DNA of 64,000 bases from Lachnospiraceae bacterium (GCA_017619615.1 JAFZRY010000014.1:26914-90913), one strand, 5' to 3'. Positions 42,071 to 52,135 are shown, numbered from the stretch's first letter. Notes: generated by a model not told the origin, from the letters alone. Program-made: numbers and translations.

Positions 42071-42414
42071 GGCTCCGGAGCGCCGTCCGCCCCGCCGTAC
42101 TGGATCTTTTCCTGCAAGGCGATGCGGTAGATGGTCTCCCGGCCCCGGAAGTCCGCGTCCCGGTAGCAGCGGACGACGGCGAGGCCCTTCTCGTCCAGAG
42201 GCGGGGCGGGCCGGGGCTCGTCCGAGAGGCCCAGCAGATAGTCCGAGGTGGTCCCGAAATAACGGGCCAGGCTGACCAGGGCGTCAGCCTGCGGCGTTCG
42301 CCGGCCGGTCTCGTAGGAACTGTAGGTGCTGCGGGCTATATGGAGCTCGTCAGCCACTTCGTTCTGGGTCTTTCCGGTGTCTTTGCGCAGGCACGTCAAA
42401 CGTTCTGAGATCAT
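42067..42414 (-). CDS. XRE-family HTH transcriptional regulator (115 aa)
   Basis: LRKDTGKTQNEVADELHIARSTYSSYETGRRTPQADALVSLARYF is a Cro/C1-type HTH. Start at MISERL with AGGGGGA RBS. Confidence 0.85.
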   Translation of the reverse strand: MISERLTCLRKDTGKTQNEVADELHIARSTYSSYETGRRTPQADALVSLARYFGTTSDYLLGLSDEPRPAPPLDEKGLAVVRCYRDADFRGRETIYRIALQEKIQYGGADGAPEP

Positions 42415-42478
42415 GATAATGTCCCCCTTTTTGAAAAGTAGGGCTATTATATTCTGAAGAAACCGGGCGCCGGCCGGA

Positions 42479-42586
42479 TGACGCAAAACGACGCATTTCC
42501 GGCAAAAACAGAGGAAAAAAGGCGAAAAATGACGCGCAGAGCGTCACGCCGCGGCAGATATACCAGACCATGACACGACCGTGTCA
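42479..42586. promoter_or_regulatory. Three TGACNC-type repeat/palindrome sites in the XRE-fhs divergent region (candidate operators)
   Basis: TGACGCaaaacGACGCA (42479-42495), TGACGCgcagaGCGTCA (42530-42546), TGACACGacCGTGTCA (42571-42586). Confidence 0.4.
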
Positions 42587-42608
42587 GAACAGACAGGAAA
42601 GGAAAGCC

Positions 42609-44279
42609 ATGTTAACAGACATCGCCATTGCGCAGGCCTGCGAAAAGCAGCACATCCGGGAAGTGGCAAAGACCGCCGGAATCGACGAGAAGTATCTGGA
42701 ACAGTACGGGAATTACAAAGCCAAGGTGGACTACAGCCTGCTGCAGGACAGGGCGGACCGGCCGGACGGCAAGCTGATCCTGGTGACGGCCATCACGCCC
42801 ACCCCCGCCGGGGAAGGCAAGACCACCACGACGATCGGGCTGGCTGACGGCCTGCGGAAGATCGGCAAAAACGTGATGGTCGCCCTGCGCGAGCCCTCGC
42901 TGGGCCCGGTCTTCGGCATTAAAGGCGGCGCGGCCGGCGGCGGCTACGCCCAGGTCGTGCCCATGGAGGACATCAACCTGCATTTCACCGGGGACTTCCA
43001 CGCGATCGGCGCGGCCAACAACCTGCTGGCGGCCATGATCGACAACCACATCCACCAGGGCAACGCCCTCCGGATCGACGCGCGCCGCATCACCTGGAAG
43101 CGGGCGGTGGACATGAACGACCGCGCGCTGCGCGAGATCGTGGTGAGCCTGGGCGGCAAAGCCAACGGCTTTCCCCGCCAGGACGGCTTCGACATCACCG
43201 TCGCGTCGGAGATCATGGCGATCCTCTGCCTGGCGTCCGACATCACGGACCTGAAGGCCCGCCTGGCCCGCATCGTCATCGGCTATGACCTGGACGACCG
43301 GCCCGTCACCGCCGGCGACCTGCACGCGCAGGGCGCGATGGCCGCGCTCCTGAAAGACGCGCTCAAACCCAACCTGGTGCAGACGCTGGAGCACACGCCC
43401 GCGTTCGTGCACGGCGGCCCGTTCGCGAATATCGCGCACGGCTGCAACTCCGTGACCGCCACACGCATGGCCTTAAAGACCGGCGACTACGTCGTGACCG
43501 AGGCCGGCTTCGGCGCGGACCTGGGCGCGGAGAAATTCCTGGACATCAAGTGCCGCATGGCGGGCCTGACCCCGTCCGCGGTCGTGATCGTCGCCACGGT
43601 GCGCGCGCTCAAGATGCACGGCGGCCTGGCCAAAACGCAGCTCAAAAATGAAGACCTCGCCGCGCTGGAAAAGGGCCTGCCCAACCTGCTGCAGCATGTC
43701 GAAAACATCACACAGGTCTACGGCCTGCCCGCCGTCGTGGCTATCAACCGCTTCCCGGACGACACCGAGGCGGAACTGGCCCTGGTGGAAGAAAAGTGCA
43801 AAGCGCTTGGCGTGAACGTCGTGCTGAGCGAAGTGTGGATGAAGGGCGGCGAAGGCGGCATGGCGCTGGCGGAAGAAGTCGTGCGCCTGTGCGAAGTGCC
43901 TTCCGAGTTCCGTTTCTGCTATGAGGACGAGCTGAGCCTGAAAGAGAAGATCGAAGCGGTCGCAAAGCGCATCTATCACGCGGACGGCGTGGACTTCCTG
44001 GCCCCGGCCGTCAAGGAACTGGACAAGCTGGAATCCCTGGGCTACGGCCGCCTGCCCGTGTGCATGGCGAAGACGCAGTACTCCTTCTCCGACGACGCGG
44101 CCAAGCTGGGCGCGCCGCGGAACTTCCGCGTGACGGTGCGCCAGGTGCGCATCAGCGCCGGCGCCGGCTTCGTGGTCGTCCTGACCGGCGACATCATGAC
44201 GATGCCCGGCCTGCCGAAGAAGCCCGCCGCGGAAAACATCGACGTGGACGAAAACGGCGTGATCACGGGGCTGTTCTGA
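42609..44279 (+). CDS. fhs: Formate--tetrahydrofolate ligase
   Basis: [16 protein letters not shown]-loop; 556 aa. Start moved to MLTDIAIAQ (RBS AGGAAAGGAAAG). Confidence 0.95.
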   Translation: MLTDIAIAQACEKQHIREVAKTAGIDEKYLEQYGNYKAKVDYSLLQDRADRPDGKLILVTAITPTPAGEGKTTTTIGLADGLRKIGKNVMVALREPSLGPVFGIKGGAAGGGYAQVVPMEDINLHFTGDFHAIGAANNLLAAMIDNHIHQGNALRIDARRITWKRAVDMNDRALREIVVSLGGKANGFPRQDGFDITVASEIMAILCLASDITDLKARLARIVIGYDLDDRPVTAGDLHAQGAMAALLKDALKPNLVQTLEHTPAFVHGGPFANIAHGCNSVTATRMALKTGDYVVTEAGFGADLGAEKFLDIKCRMAGLTPSAVVIVATVRALKMHGGLAKTQLKNEDLAALEKGLPNLLQHVENITQVYGLPAVVAINRFPDDTEAELALVEEKCKALGVNVVLSEVWMKGGEGGMALAEEVVRLCEVPSEFRFCYEDELSLKEKIEAVAKRIYHADGVDFLAPAVKELDKLESLGYGRLPVCMAKTQYSFSDDAAKLGAPRNFRVTVRQVRISAGAGFVVVLTGDIMTMPGLPKKPAAENIDVDENGVITGLF

Positions 44280-44330
44280 CAGAAAGCCGGCAGGGGCCGA
44301 TGTTTCGTCGGCCCGCATTCCGAGGACAAC

Positions 44331-45179
44331 ATGGCTGAAATATTATTCGGCGCTCCCGTGGCCGCGGCCATCCGGGAACGCAGCAAAACCGAATCGGATG
44401 CCTTAAGGCAGGCGGGGATCGCCCCCTGCCTGGCTGTCGTGCGCATCGGCGACCGGCCGGACACCGCCAGCTACGCGGCCGGCCTGGAGAAGAACGCCCC
44501 GAAGAGCGGCGTGGAGATCCGGCGCATCGAACTGCCGGAGACCGTCCCGCAGGACGAAGCCGTCCGCATACTGGACGATCTGGGCCGCGACCCTTCCGTC
44601 CACGGCATCCTGCTCCTGAGCCCGCTGCCGAAGCATCTGGACGCGGACCTGCTCCGCAACCGCATCGCGCCGGAAAAAGACGCGGACTGCGCCTCGGACC
44701 TGTCCCTGGCCGGCGTCTTTTCCAAAAACGGGACCGGACCCGCTCCGGCCACAGCCCGCGCGGTGATGGAGATCCTGAAGTTTTACGGGATCGCCGTCGA
44801 AGGGAAGCGCGCCGCCGTGATCGGCCGCTCGCAGGTGGTCGGCCGCCCGCTGGCCATGCTGCTGCTGCGCGATAACGCCACCGTCACGATCTGCCACAGC
44901 CGCACGCCCGACCTGGGCGCCGTGCTGCGCGAAGCGGACATCGTCGTGGCCGCCCTGGGCAAGCCGGAAGCGATCGGCGCCGCCGTCCTGGGTGAAGGCC
45001 AGGTCATCGTGGACGTGGGCATCCACCGCAGGGAGGACGGCCATCTGTGCGGCGACGTGGACCAGGCGGAAGCCGCCCCGCTCGCCCGCGCCATCACTCC
45101 CGTCCCCGGCGGCGTCGGGGCCGTCACCTCCGCCGTCCTGCTCCGCCAGGTCGTCGAATCCGCCGCACGAACGCTGTAA
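44331..45179 (+). CDS. folD: Bifunctional 5,10-methylene-THF dehydrogenase / 5,10-methenyl-THF cyclohydrolase
   Basis: GRSQVVGRPLAMLL and PVPGGVGAVT signatures; 282 aa. Confidence 0.93.
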   Translation: MAEILFGAPVAAAIRERSKTESDALRQAGIAPCLAVVRIGDRPDTASYAAGLEKNAPKSGVEIRRIELPETVPQDEAVRILDDLGRDPSVHGILLLSPLPKHLDADLLRNRIAPEKDADCASDLSLAGVFSKNGTGPAPATARAVMEILKFYGIAVEGKRAAVIGRSQVVGRPLAMLLLRDNATVTICHSRTPDLGAVLREADIVVAALGKPEAIGAAVLGEGQVIVDVGIHRREDGHLCGDVDQAEAAPLARAITPVPGGVGAVTSAVLLRQVVESAARTL

Positions 45180-45236
45180 AACCGCCAATAACTTTAGGGG
45201 CGGCCCCCGCGTTCGCCCTGGAAAGAATAAACTTTC

Positions 45237-46334
45237 ATGAACTATATCGTATTTGACCTGGAATGGAACCAGTCTCCGGGAGGCCGGTTCCGGGAGAACC
45301 CCAAAATTCCGTTCGAGATCCTGGAGATCGGCGCCGTCAAGCTGAACGGCCGCCGCAAGATGGTGGACGAATTCCACGAGACCATCAAGCCCCTGGTCTA
45401 CACCCGCATGAACCGCTACACGCAGAAAGTGGTCCATATGGACATGAAGGACCTGAAGGATTCCCGCACCTTCACCCCGGTGGCCAAAAGCTTCCTGAAG
45501 TGGTGCGGCCGCAATCCCGTATTCGTGACCTGGGGGCCGTCGGATCTGTTCGAGCTGCAGCGCAACCTGGAATATTACCACATCGAGCACCGCTTCCCGC
45601 AGCCCTTCCTGTACATCGACCTGCAGAAGATCTACAGCCTGGGCTACCTGGACGGGAAAAAGCGGCCCGCCCTGCACGAGGCGGTGGAGGCGATGGAGAT
45701 CCCGCAGGACCGCCCCTTCCACGCCGCTTTCGACGACGCCTGGTACACGGCGCAGATCATGCAGAAGATGGAGGGCATCAAGCCGCTGCTCGGCTATAAA
45801 TCGGTGGATTATTACCGGCTTCCGGAGAAGAAAGAGGAAGAATTCACCCTGAACTTCAAGACCTACTCCAAGTTCGTCTCCATGCTGTACCCGGACAAGG
45901 ACGCGGCCATGAAGGAAGCCTCCGTGACGGACCTGCGCTGCAACCGCTGCGGCAAGCCGCTGGAGATCAAGATCGACTGGTTCTCCGGCGCCGGCGGCAC
46001 GATGTACTATGCCCTCTGCGAGTGCCCCAAGCACGGGCCGGTGAAAGGCAAGATCCGCCTGCGCAAGGGCCCGGGCGAGGAAGTGTACGTGGTGAAAACC
46101 ATCAAAGCCGCCACGGAAGAGGACGTGCAGGACATCGAAGAGCGCAAGCACCAGGCGCAGGAGCGCCGCCACAAGCGCGCCGAGAAGGAAAAAGCCCGCC
46201 GCAAAGCCAAGAAAGCCGCGCTGGCGGAGGAAAAGAAACTGCAGCAGAAGGCCCGCATCTCGCAGCAGAAAGCGCGCCGCAGCCGTACCAAGAAACCGGA
46301 CACGTCTCCGAAGGGACCCAAAAAGGGAGATTGA
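45237..46334 (+). CDS. DEDD-type 3'-5' exonuclease (KapD-like) with a Cys-rich module and Lys/Arg-rich tail
   Basis: FDLEWN (Exo I) and HAAFDDA (Exo III); CNRCG…CECPKHG; C-terminal KRAEKEKARRKAKK tail. Confidence 0.75.
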   Translation: MNYIVFDLEWNQSPGGRFRENPKIPFEILEIGAVKLNGRRKMVDEFHETIKPLVYTRMNRYTQKVVHMDMKDLKDSRTFTPVAKSFLKWCGRNPVFVTWGPSDLFELQRNLEYYHIEHRFPQPFLYIDLQKIYSLGYLDGKKRPALHEAVEAMEIPQDRPFHAAFDDAWYTAQIMQKMEGIKPLLGYKSVDYYRLPEKKEEEFTLNFKTYSKFVSMLYPDKDAAMKEASVTDLRCNRCGKPLEIKIDWFSGAGGTMYYALCECPKHGPVKGKIRLRKGPGEEVYVVKTIKAATEEDVQDIEERKHQAQERRHKRAEKEKARRKAKKAALAEEKKLQQKARISQQKARRSRTKKPDTSPKGPKKGD

Positions 46335-46337
46335 TCA

Positions 46338-47084
46338 ATGGACGTCCTGTCAGAACTCCGCAGCCGGATCAGCCTGAACAATTTCCAGCTGAAGGTCATT
46401 GCCGTGGTCAGCATGCTCATCGACCACACAGCGGACGCGATCCCGTGGTTCCGTGCCGCTTCGGTCCGGCCGCTGTACCTGCTGATGCGCTGCGTCGGCC
46501 GGCTGGCCTTCCCCCTCTTCGCGTTTTTGATCGCGGAAGGGGCGGTGAAGACCAGAAATATCTGGAAATACGCGCTGCGCCTGGCCGTGTTCGCCGTGAT
46601 CTGCGAGATCCCGTTCGACTTAAAGGGCGAAGGCCGGCTGTTTTACTGGGGGCACCAGAACACGCTGTTCACGCTGCTGCTGGGGCTGCTGGCCATCATC
46701 GGGTTCCGGTGGCTGACGGAGGAGAAACGGAAGGCGCGCCGGGGGAAGACCGCGTACCTGGCCGGCTTCCTCTGGATGGCGGCCTGCGTGGTGCTGGGCC
46801 AGTTCATCAAGGCGGATTTCCGCGCGCCGGGCGTCCTGCTGGTCATCGGCTTTTACTTCTGGCGCACGGAGATGGAGAGCAGCGACGTATTCGCGGTCTT
46901 CCTGATGCTGGCCATGGGCGTCGCCTGGCGCACGAACATGCTGCAGCTGTTTTCCCTGCTTGCATTTATCCCGATATTTCTGTATAATAATCAGTTGGGC
47001 AGAAAAGTGCCGCGCTACACGTTCTACGTGGTTTACCTGGCGCATCTGCTCATCCTCGGCGGCCTGCGGCTGCTGATGAAATAA
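46338..47084 (+). CDS. TraX-family membrane protein
   Basis: LKVIAVVSMLIDH N-terminal motif; multi-TM; 248 aa. Starts 3 nt after the exonuclease gene. Confidence 0.8.
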   Translation: MDVLSELRSRISLNNFQLKVIAVVSMLIDHTADAIPWFRAASVRPLYLLMRCVGRLAFPLFAFLIAEGAVKTRNIWKYALRLAVFAVICEIPFDLKGEGRLFYWGHQNTLFTLLLGLLAIIGFRWLTEEKRKARRGKTAYLAGFLWMAACVVLGQFIKADFRAPGVLLVIGFYFWRTEMESSDVFAVFLMLAMGVAWRTNMLQLFSLLAFIPIFLYNNQLGRKVPRYTFYVVYLAHLLILGGLRLLMK

Positions 47085-47085
47085 C

Positions 47086-47111
47086 GCGGGGACGGTGTTT
47101 CTTCGCCCCGC
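47086..47111 (+). terminator. GC hairpin after the TraX gene, containing the GGGGACGGTGTTTCTT repeat-like core
   Basis: GCGGGG…CCCCGC stem; no T-tract. Confidence 0.35.
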
Positions 47112-47182
47112 ATGAAACACGGACTTCAGCCATAAAGATAAGAACGCAATTATGGCATAACAACAATACAAAGGAGCGAGTC

Positions 47183-48031
47183 ATGTACAAAATCGTCAGG
47201 AAAAAAGAACTGAATCCTACGGTGACGCAGATGGAGATCCTGGCCCCCCTGGTAGCGAACAAGGCCCTGCCGGGGCAGTTCATCATCCTTCGGGTCGATG
47301 AAGAAGGCGAACGGATCCCGCTGACGGTAGCCGGCACGGATCCCAAGGAAGGCACGGTCAAGATCATCTTCCAGATCGTCGGCGAGACCACCCTGCGCCT
47401 GAACCACAAGCAGGAAGGCGAGGAGATCGCGGACTTCGTGGGTCCTCTGGGACGTCCCACGGAAACGGAAGGCATCAAGAAGGTCTGCATCGTCGGCGGC
47501 GGCGTGGGCTGCGCCATTGCCCTTCCCGTAGCGGAGGAATTCCACCGTCTGGGTGCGGAAGTGACCAGCATCATCGGTTTCCGCAGCATCGATCTGCTGA
47601 TCCTCGAGGATGAATTCAAGGCTTGCTCCGACCGCTTGATCGTGATGTCGGATGACGGCTCCTACGGCCGTCACGGCAACGTCACCGTCCCGCTGAAGGA
47701 AATGCTGGAAGCCGGCGAAAAATTCGACCTGGTCCTGGCCATCGGCCCCGGCGTCATGATGAAGTTCACCGTGCTGACCTGCAAGCCGTTCGGCGTGCCC
47801 TGCCGCGTCTCCATGAACCCGATCATGATCGACGGCACCGGCATGTGCGGCGGCTGCCGCCTGACACTGGTCCGGGACGGCAAGCGGATCACGAAGTTCG
47901 CCTGCGTGGACGGCCCCGAATTCGACGGCTATGAAGTGGACTTTGACGAGGCTATGTCCCGCGGCCGCATGTACTTCCCGTACGAGCGCCACGCCTACGA
48001 CGAGGCCTGCAACCTGTTCAAGCAGGGTTAA
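47183..48031 (+). CDS. nfnA: Sulfide-dehydrogenase-like FAD/NAD(P)-binding ferredoxin reductase subunit (NfnA-type)
   Basis: 282 aa; C-terminal 2Fe-2S motif CGGCR…CVDGPEFDG; adjacent to a GltD-like subunit. Confidence 0.75.
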   Translation: MYKIVRKKELNPTVTQMEILAPLVANKALPGQFIILRVDEEGERIPLTVAGTDPKEGTVKIIFQIVGETTLRLNHKQEGEEIADFVGPLGRPTETEGIKKVCIVGGGVGCAIALPVAEEFHRLGAEVTSIIGFRSIDLLILEDEFKACSDRLIVMSDDGSYGRHGNVTVPLKEMLEAGEKFDLVLAIGPGVMMKFTVLTCKPFGVPCRVSMNPIMIDGTGMCGGCRLTLVRDGKRITKFACVDGPEFDGYEVDFDEAMSRGRMYFPYERHAYDEACNLFKQG

Positions 48032-48044
48032 GGAGGAGAAGACA

Positions 48045-49454
48045 ATGGCATTAAATCCCAAGAAAAACGCGATGCCCAGCCAGGAACCCCAGGTGCGGGC
48101 TCACAACTTCAACGAAGTGGCCCTGGGCTACACCCGCGAGCTGGCGCTGGACGAAGCGGCGCGCTGCTTAAACTGCAAGAACAAGCCCTGCGTGGCCGGC
48201 TGCCCCGTGAACATCGACATCCCCGGCTTCATCATGAAGGTGAAGGAAGAGGATTTTGAAGGCGCCTACCAGGTGATCAATAAGACCTCCTCTCTGCCCG
48301 CCGTCTGCGGCCGCGTCTGCCCGCAGGAGACCCAGTGCGAATCCAAGTGCACGATGGGCATCAAATTCGAGCCGGTCGGCATCGGCCGTCTGGAACGCTA
48401 CGTCGCGGACTGGCACAACGCCAACGCCACCGGAAAAGCACAGGCTCCCGCCCCCAACGGCCACAAGGTCGCGATCGTGGGCGCCGGCCCCTCCGGCCTG
48501 ACCTGCGCCGGCGACCTGGCCAAGAAGGGCTACGCCGTCAGCATTTTTGAAGCGCTGCACAAAGCCGGCGGCGTGCTGGTGTACGGCATCCCCGAGTTCC
48601 GTCTGCCGAAGGCCATCGTGGCCAAGGAAGTGGAAACCCTGAAGGAACTGGGCGTGGAAGTGGCGACCAACGTGGTCATCGGCAAGACCCTGACCATCGA
48701 CGAGCTGTTCGAGAAGGGCTTCGAGGCCGTCTTCGTCGGCAGCGGCGCCGGCCTGCCCAACTTCATGAACATCCCGGGCGAGCACTTCAAGGGCGTTTAC
48801 TCCGCCAACGAGTTCCTGACCCGCAGCAACCTGATGAAGGCTTATCTGGACGATCCGCGCACCCCGATCATGAAGGGCGGCAAAGTGATCGTCGTCGGCG
48901 GCGGCAACGTCGCGATGGACGCGGCCCGTACGGCCCTGCGTCTGGGCGCCGAGGAAGTTTCCATCGTCTACCGCCGTTCCATGGACGAGCTGCCCGCGCG
49001 GCGCGAGGAAGTGGAGCACGCGGAAGAGGAAGGCATCGTCTTCCGTCTGCTGCAGAACCCGGTGGAGATCCTGGGCTTCAACAACCCGGACAACCCCCGC
49101 GACGAGCGCAACGGCTTCGTATGCGGCATGCGCGTGATCAAGATGGAACTGGGCGAGCCCGACGAGAAGGGCCGCCGCCGTCCCGTCCCGATCCCCGGCT
49201 CCGAATACGAGCTGGAGGCGGATACCGTGGTCATCGCCATCGGCACCTCCCCCAACCCGCTGATCAAGGACACCACCAAGGGCCTGGAAGTGAACCGTCA
49301 CGGCGGCATCGTCGTCAATGAAGACGGCCTCACCTCCCGCGAAGGCGTCTACGCCGGCGGCGACGCCGTCACCGGCGCGGCCACCGTCATCTCCGCCATG
49401 GGCGCCGGCAAAGTGGCTGCTGCGGCGATCGACGAGTACTTAAGCAACAAATAA
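48045..49454 (+). CDS. nfnB: GltD-like NADPH-dependent oxidoreductase subunit (NfnB-type / small-chain glutamate synthase family)
   Basis: CLNCKNKPCVAGCP and CGRVCP Fe-S motifs; GAGPSGL and GGGNVAMD dinucleotide folds. Start at MALNPKK with AAGGAGGAG RBS. Confidence 0.8.
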   Translation: MALNPKKNAMPSQEPQVRAHNFNEVALGYTRELALDEAARCLNCKNKPCVAGCPVNIDIPGFIMKVKEEDFEGAYQVINKTSSLPAVCGRVCPQETQCESKCTMGIKFEPVGIGRLERYVADWHNANATGKAQAPAPNGHKVAIVGAGPSGLTCAGDLAKKGYAVSIFEALHKAGGVLVYGIPEFRLPKAIVAKEVETLKELGVEVATNVVIGKTLTIDELFEKGFEAVFVGSGAGLPNFMNIPGEHFKGVYSANEFLTRSNLMKAYLDDPRTPIMKGGKVIVVGGGNVAMDAARTALRLGAEEVSIVYRRSMDELPARREEVEHAEEEGIVFRLLQNPVEILGFNNPDNPRDERNGFVCGMRVIKMELGEPDEKGRRRPVPIPGSEYELEADTVVIAIGTSPNPLIKDTTKGLEVNRHGGIVVNEDGLTSREGVYAGGDAVTGAATVISAMGAGKVAAAAIDEYLSNK

Positions 49455-49502
49455 TTGATAACGCAGGGACGGCCATCAGCCGCCCGGCAGACACCATCAC
49501 AG

Positions 49503-49526
49503 GGGCGGCCATTGGCCGCCCTCTTT
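49503..49526 (+). terminator. Terminator-like hairpin after nfnB, preceded by a similar imperfect hairpin at 49466-49485
   Basis: GGGCGGCC-att-GGCCGCCC followed by TCTTT. Confidence 0.5.
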
Positions 49527-49543
49527 CCCCGAGGCGGTCCGTC

Positions 49544-50554
49544 ATGACACGTGAACACACCCCTAAACTGATCCTCATCCTCCCCTGCTACAACGAAGCC
49601 GCCGTCCTTCCCGTCACGGTCCCGCTCTTCCTGGCCAAACTGCGCCAGCTGATCGCGGACGGCCGCGTCACGGACGCCAGCCGCATCCTCTTTGTGGACG
49701 ACGGCAGCAGCGACGGCACCTGGGACCTGATCAAAGGCTTCGCCGCGGAGGACCCGCACTTCACCGGCATCCGCCAGAGCCGCAACCGCGGCCATCAGAA
49801 CGCCGTGCTGGCGGGCCTGATGGAGGCGAAGGACCGCTGCGACATCACGATCTCCCTCGACTGCGACGGCCAGGACGACATCGATGCGATGGATGAGATG
49901 CTGGACGCTTACGCCGCCGGCTCGGAGATCGTCTACGGCGTGCGCAACGACCGCGAAACGGACAGCTTTTTCAAGCGCTTCACCGCCGCCCGCTTCTACA
50001 AACTCATGAACCGCATGGGCGTGGAAAGCGTGTACAACCATGCGGACTACCGCCTGGTCTCCGCGCGCGTCCTGCAGGCCTTTGCGGACTTTCAGGAAGT
50101 GAATATCTACCTGCGCGGCATGTTCCCGCTGGTGGGCTTCCCGAGCACCTGCGTGTATTACAAGCGGCAGGAGCGCGCAGCGGGCCGGAGCCATTATCCG
50201 TTCAGCAAGATGGCGGGACTGGCCGCGGACGGGATCACGAGCCTGTCCATCCGCCCGATCCGCATCATCACCGCGCTGGGCTTCTTCGTCTCGCTGATCA
50301 GCCTGATCGGCATCATCTGGATCCTGATCACGCACTTCGCGGGCCATACCGTGGCCGGCTGGGCGTCCACCACCGCCATCATCTGCTTCGCCACCGGCAT
50401 CCAGATGCTCTCGCTCGGGATCATCGGGGAATACGTCGGCAAGATCTATCTGGAAAGCAAGCACCGCCCGCGCTATATCATCAGCGAGCGGACGGGGGAG
50501 AAGGAAGAGCAAGGGGAAAATGAAAAGGCGGACCGCACCGTCCGCCCGGAATGA
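49544..50554 (+). CDS. GT2 polyprenyl-phosphate glycosyltransferase (GtrB/CsbB-like)
   Basis: ILPCYNE, VDDGSSDGT and DCDGQDD (DxD) motifs, plus two C-terminal TM helices. Confidence 0.85.
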   Translation: MTREHTPKLILILPCYNEAAVLPVTVPLFLAKLRQLIADGRVTDASRILFVDDGSSDGTWDLIKGFAAEDPHFTGIRQSRNRGHQNAVLAGLMEAKDRCDITISLDCDGQDDIDAMDEMLDAYAAGSEIVYGVRNDRETDSFFKRFTAARFYKLMNRMGVESVYNHADYRLVSARVLQAFADFQEVNIYLRGMFPLVGFPSTCVYYKRQERAAGRSHYPFSKMAGLAADGITSLSIRPIRIITALGFFVSLISLIGIIWILITHFAGHTVAGWASTTAIICFATGIQMLSLGIIGEYVGKIYLESKHRPRYIISERTGEKEEQGENEKADRTVRPE

Positions 50555-50572
50555 TCTTCGTAAACGGGACCG

Positions 50573-52135
50573 CTACGGTCCTGTTTTTTTATACAGGAAA
50601 TAATCATAGTACCGGTACGAGAAGAAGAAATTCGCCGTCTGCACCAGCTCGTACTGCCCGTCTTTCAGCAGCCGCTTCGGCAGCGGGTCGCGCCGCGTGA
50701 CCACGTAGTCCGCTTCCGCGTTCAGGATCACGGATTCCTGCTCGGGCCTGAGCTCGGGCGGATTCATGTTGAAGAAGCAGAAGAAACGGTTGACCGGATG
50801 GGCGCCGGCGGTGTAGTAGAAGCCGCCGTCCAGGAACCAGTAGTTGAGCAGGGTGGCGTCCGGTGTTTCGCGGATGGTCTCCGCAAACTGATACTGGGGC
50901 AGATCGGTTTTTTTGTACTTCATCAGATATGCGCCGGGCGAGAACAGGCCGATGGCGAGCATGCCGCCGCCGGCCAGAAGCAGGGCGGCGAGACCCAGCA
51001 GGAGAGAGGCCTGCCGGGGAAGCACCGGGCTGTCCGGGACCGCGATGCCTGCGCGGACCGCCAGCCATTCGGCCAGCCAGGCGATACCGGTGAGTCCGGT
51101 CACGGCGAACGGCGCCAGCGTCAGACCGTAATACGCGTAGCCGGGGCTGCTGACGTAGGTCGTGACCGCGATCCCCGCGAAGCAGAGCAGCACGGTCAGG
51201 CTTTCGCGCCAGTGCCGCCGCAGCCCGGCGAGCAGGAAGGCGGCGCCCGGCCAGACGAGCCAGCCGTACGCGGCGCGGTTCTTTTTATAGGTCTGCTTCA
51301 GCGCGGTGATGATGCGCTCCGCCGCGGTCAAATCATCCTCTTTGGCGTAGATCGTCATATTGTCGGTGAAATAGACCCGGAACAGGTCGCCCAGCGCGCC
51401 GTGCAGCGCGAAATACAGGAAGACGGGCACGGAGATCAGGACCAGGCCAGCCAGCATTTCGCCGGCAGCGCGCAGGATGCGGAGCCACCAGCCGCGGCTG
51501 CCGTACCAGATGATCACGGCCAGCGCCACCCCTGCGAAAAAGCCGCAGAACGTATACTTGGTCCAGAACCCGAAGCCGGCCAGCAGGCCGATGACCAGGT
51601 CTTCCCGGAGCGTCAGCGGCCGGTCTTCGCGCATGGCGCGCAACATCCAGTATGCGGACAGCGGGAACGCGAACAGATAGATCTCCTCCAGCGACCCCGT
51701 ATTGACGAACGACGGCGCCAGCGGCAGCGCGACGCCCAGGAACACCATCACCAGATACGGCGCCAGCCGGTTCTTCACGTACAACCCGCAGATCTTCGCG
51801 CTGTAGTACAGGAACAGGCCAAAGCCGATCACTTCCGTCAGATAAACGCCGAAGTAACCCTGCTTGAAGAAAATCGCCAGGAACGCGTGCAGCATGAACA
51901 GCAGCGGCCCCTTCTGCTCGAACAGGTCGCGGTAGGGCACCTGTCCGCGCAGCATCTCGCGGCCGACCGTCATGTATACGTTCAGGTCCACGTTATCGTT
52001 CATCGGATACAGCGGCGAGCTCTTGCTCCCCACCAGCAGGAACAGCGCACTCAAAACGAACGCCGCCGTCAGCAGCAGGGACGGTTTGCGGAATCGCCAT
52101 TTGCAGTTTTTCAGTTCCGGCAGTTTCATGGTCAC
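50573..52135 (-). CDS. GT-C fold membrane glycosyltransferase (PMT_2/ArnT-like, GT39/GT83-type)
   Basis: About 12 TM helices. First-loop motif PMNDNVDLNVYMTVGREMLRGQVPYRDLFEQKGPLLF is typical of ArnT/PMT-like enzymes. Confidence 0.75.
   Translation of the reverse strand: MTMKLPELKNCKWRFRKPSLLLTAAFVLSALFLLVGSKSSPLYPMNDNVDLNVYMTVGREMLRGQVPYRDLFEQKGPLLFMLHAFLAIFFKQGYFGVYLTEVIGFGLFLYYSAKICGLYVKNRLAPYLVMVFLGVALPLAPSFVNTGSLEEIYLFAFPLSAYWMLRAMREDRPLTLREDLVIGLLAGFGFWTKYTFCGFFAGVALAVIIWYGSRGWWLRILRAAGEMLAGLVLISVPVFLYFALHGALGDLFRVYFTDNMTIYAKEDDLTAAERIITALKQTYKKNRAAYGWLVWPGAAFLLAGLRRHWRESLTVLLCFAGIAVTTYVSSPGYAYYGLTLAPFAVTGLTGIAWLAEWLAVRAGIAVPDSPVLPRQASLLLGLAALLLAGGGMLAIGLFSPGAYLMKYKKTDLPQYQFAETIRETPDATLLNYWFLDGGFYYTAGAHPVNRFFCFFNMNPPELRPEQESVILNAEADYVVTRRDPLPKRLLKDGQYELVQTANFFFSYRYYDYFLYKKTGP

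Noticed and set aside
49466-49521. Two similar 20-nt GC hairpins (GGGACGGCCATCAGCCGCCC / GGGGCGGCCATTGGCCGCCC) as a novel repeat
   Set aside because: There are only two copies and the first is imperfect. Their position directly after nfnB fits an ordinary, duplicated terminator. I found no further copies in the window.
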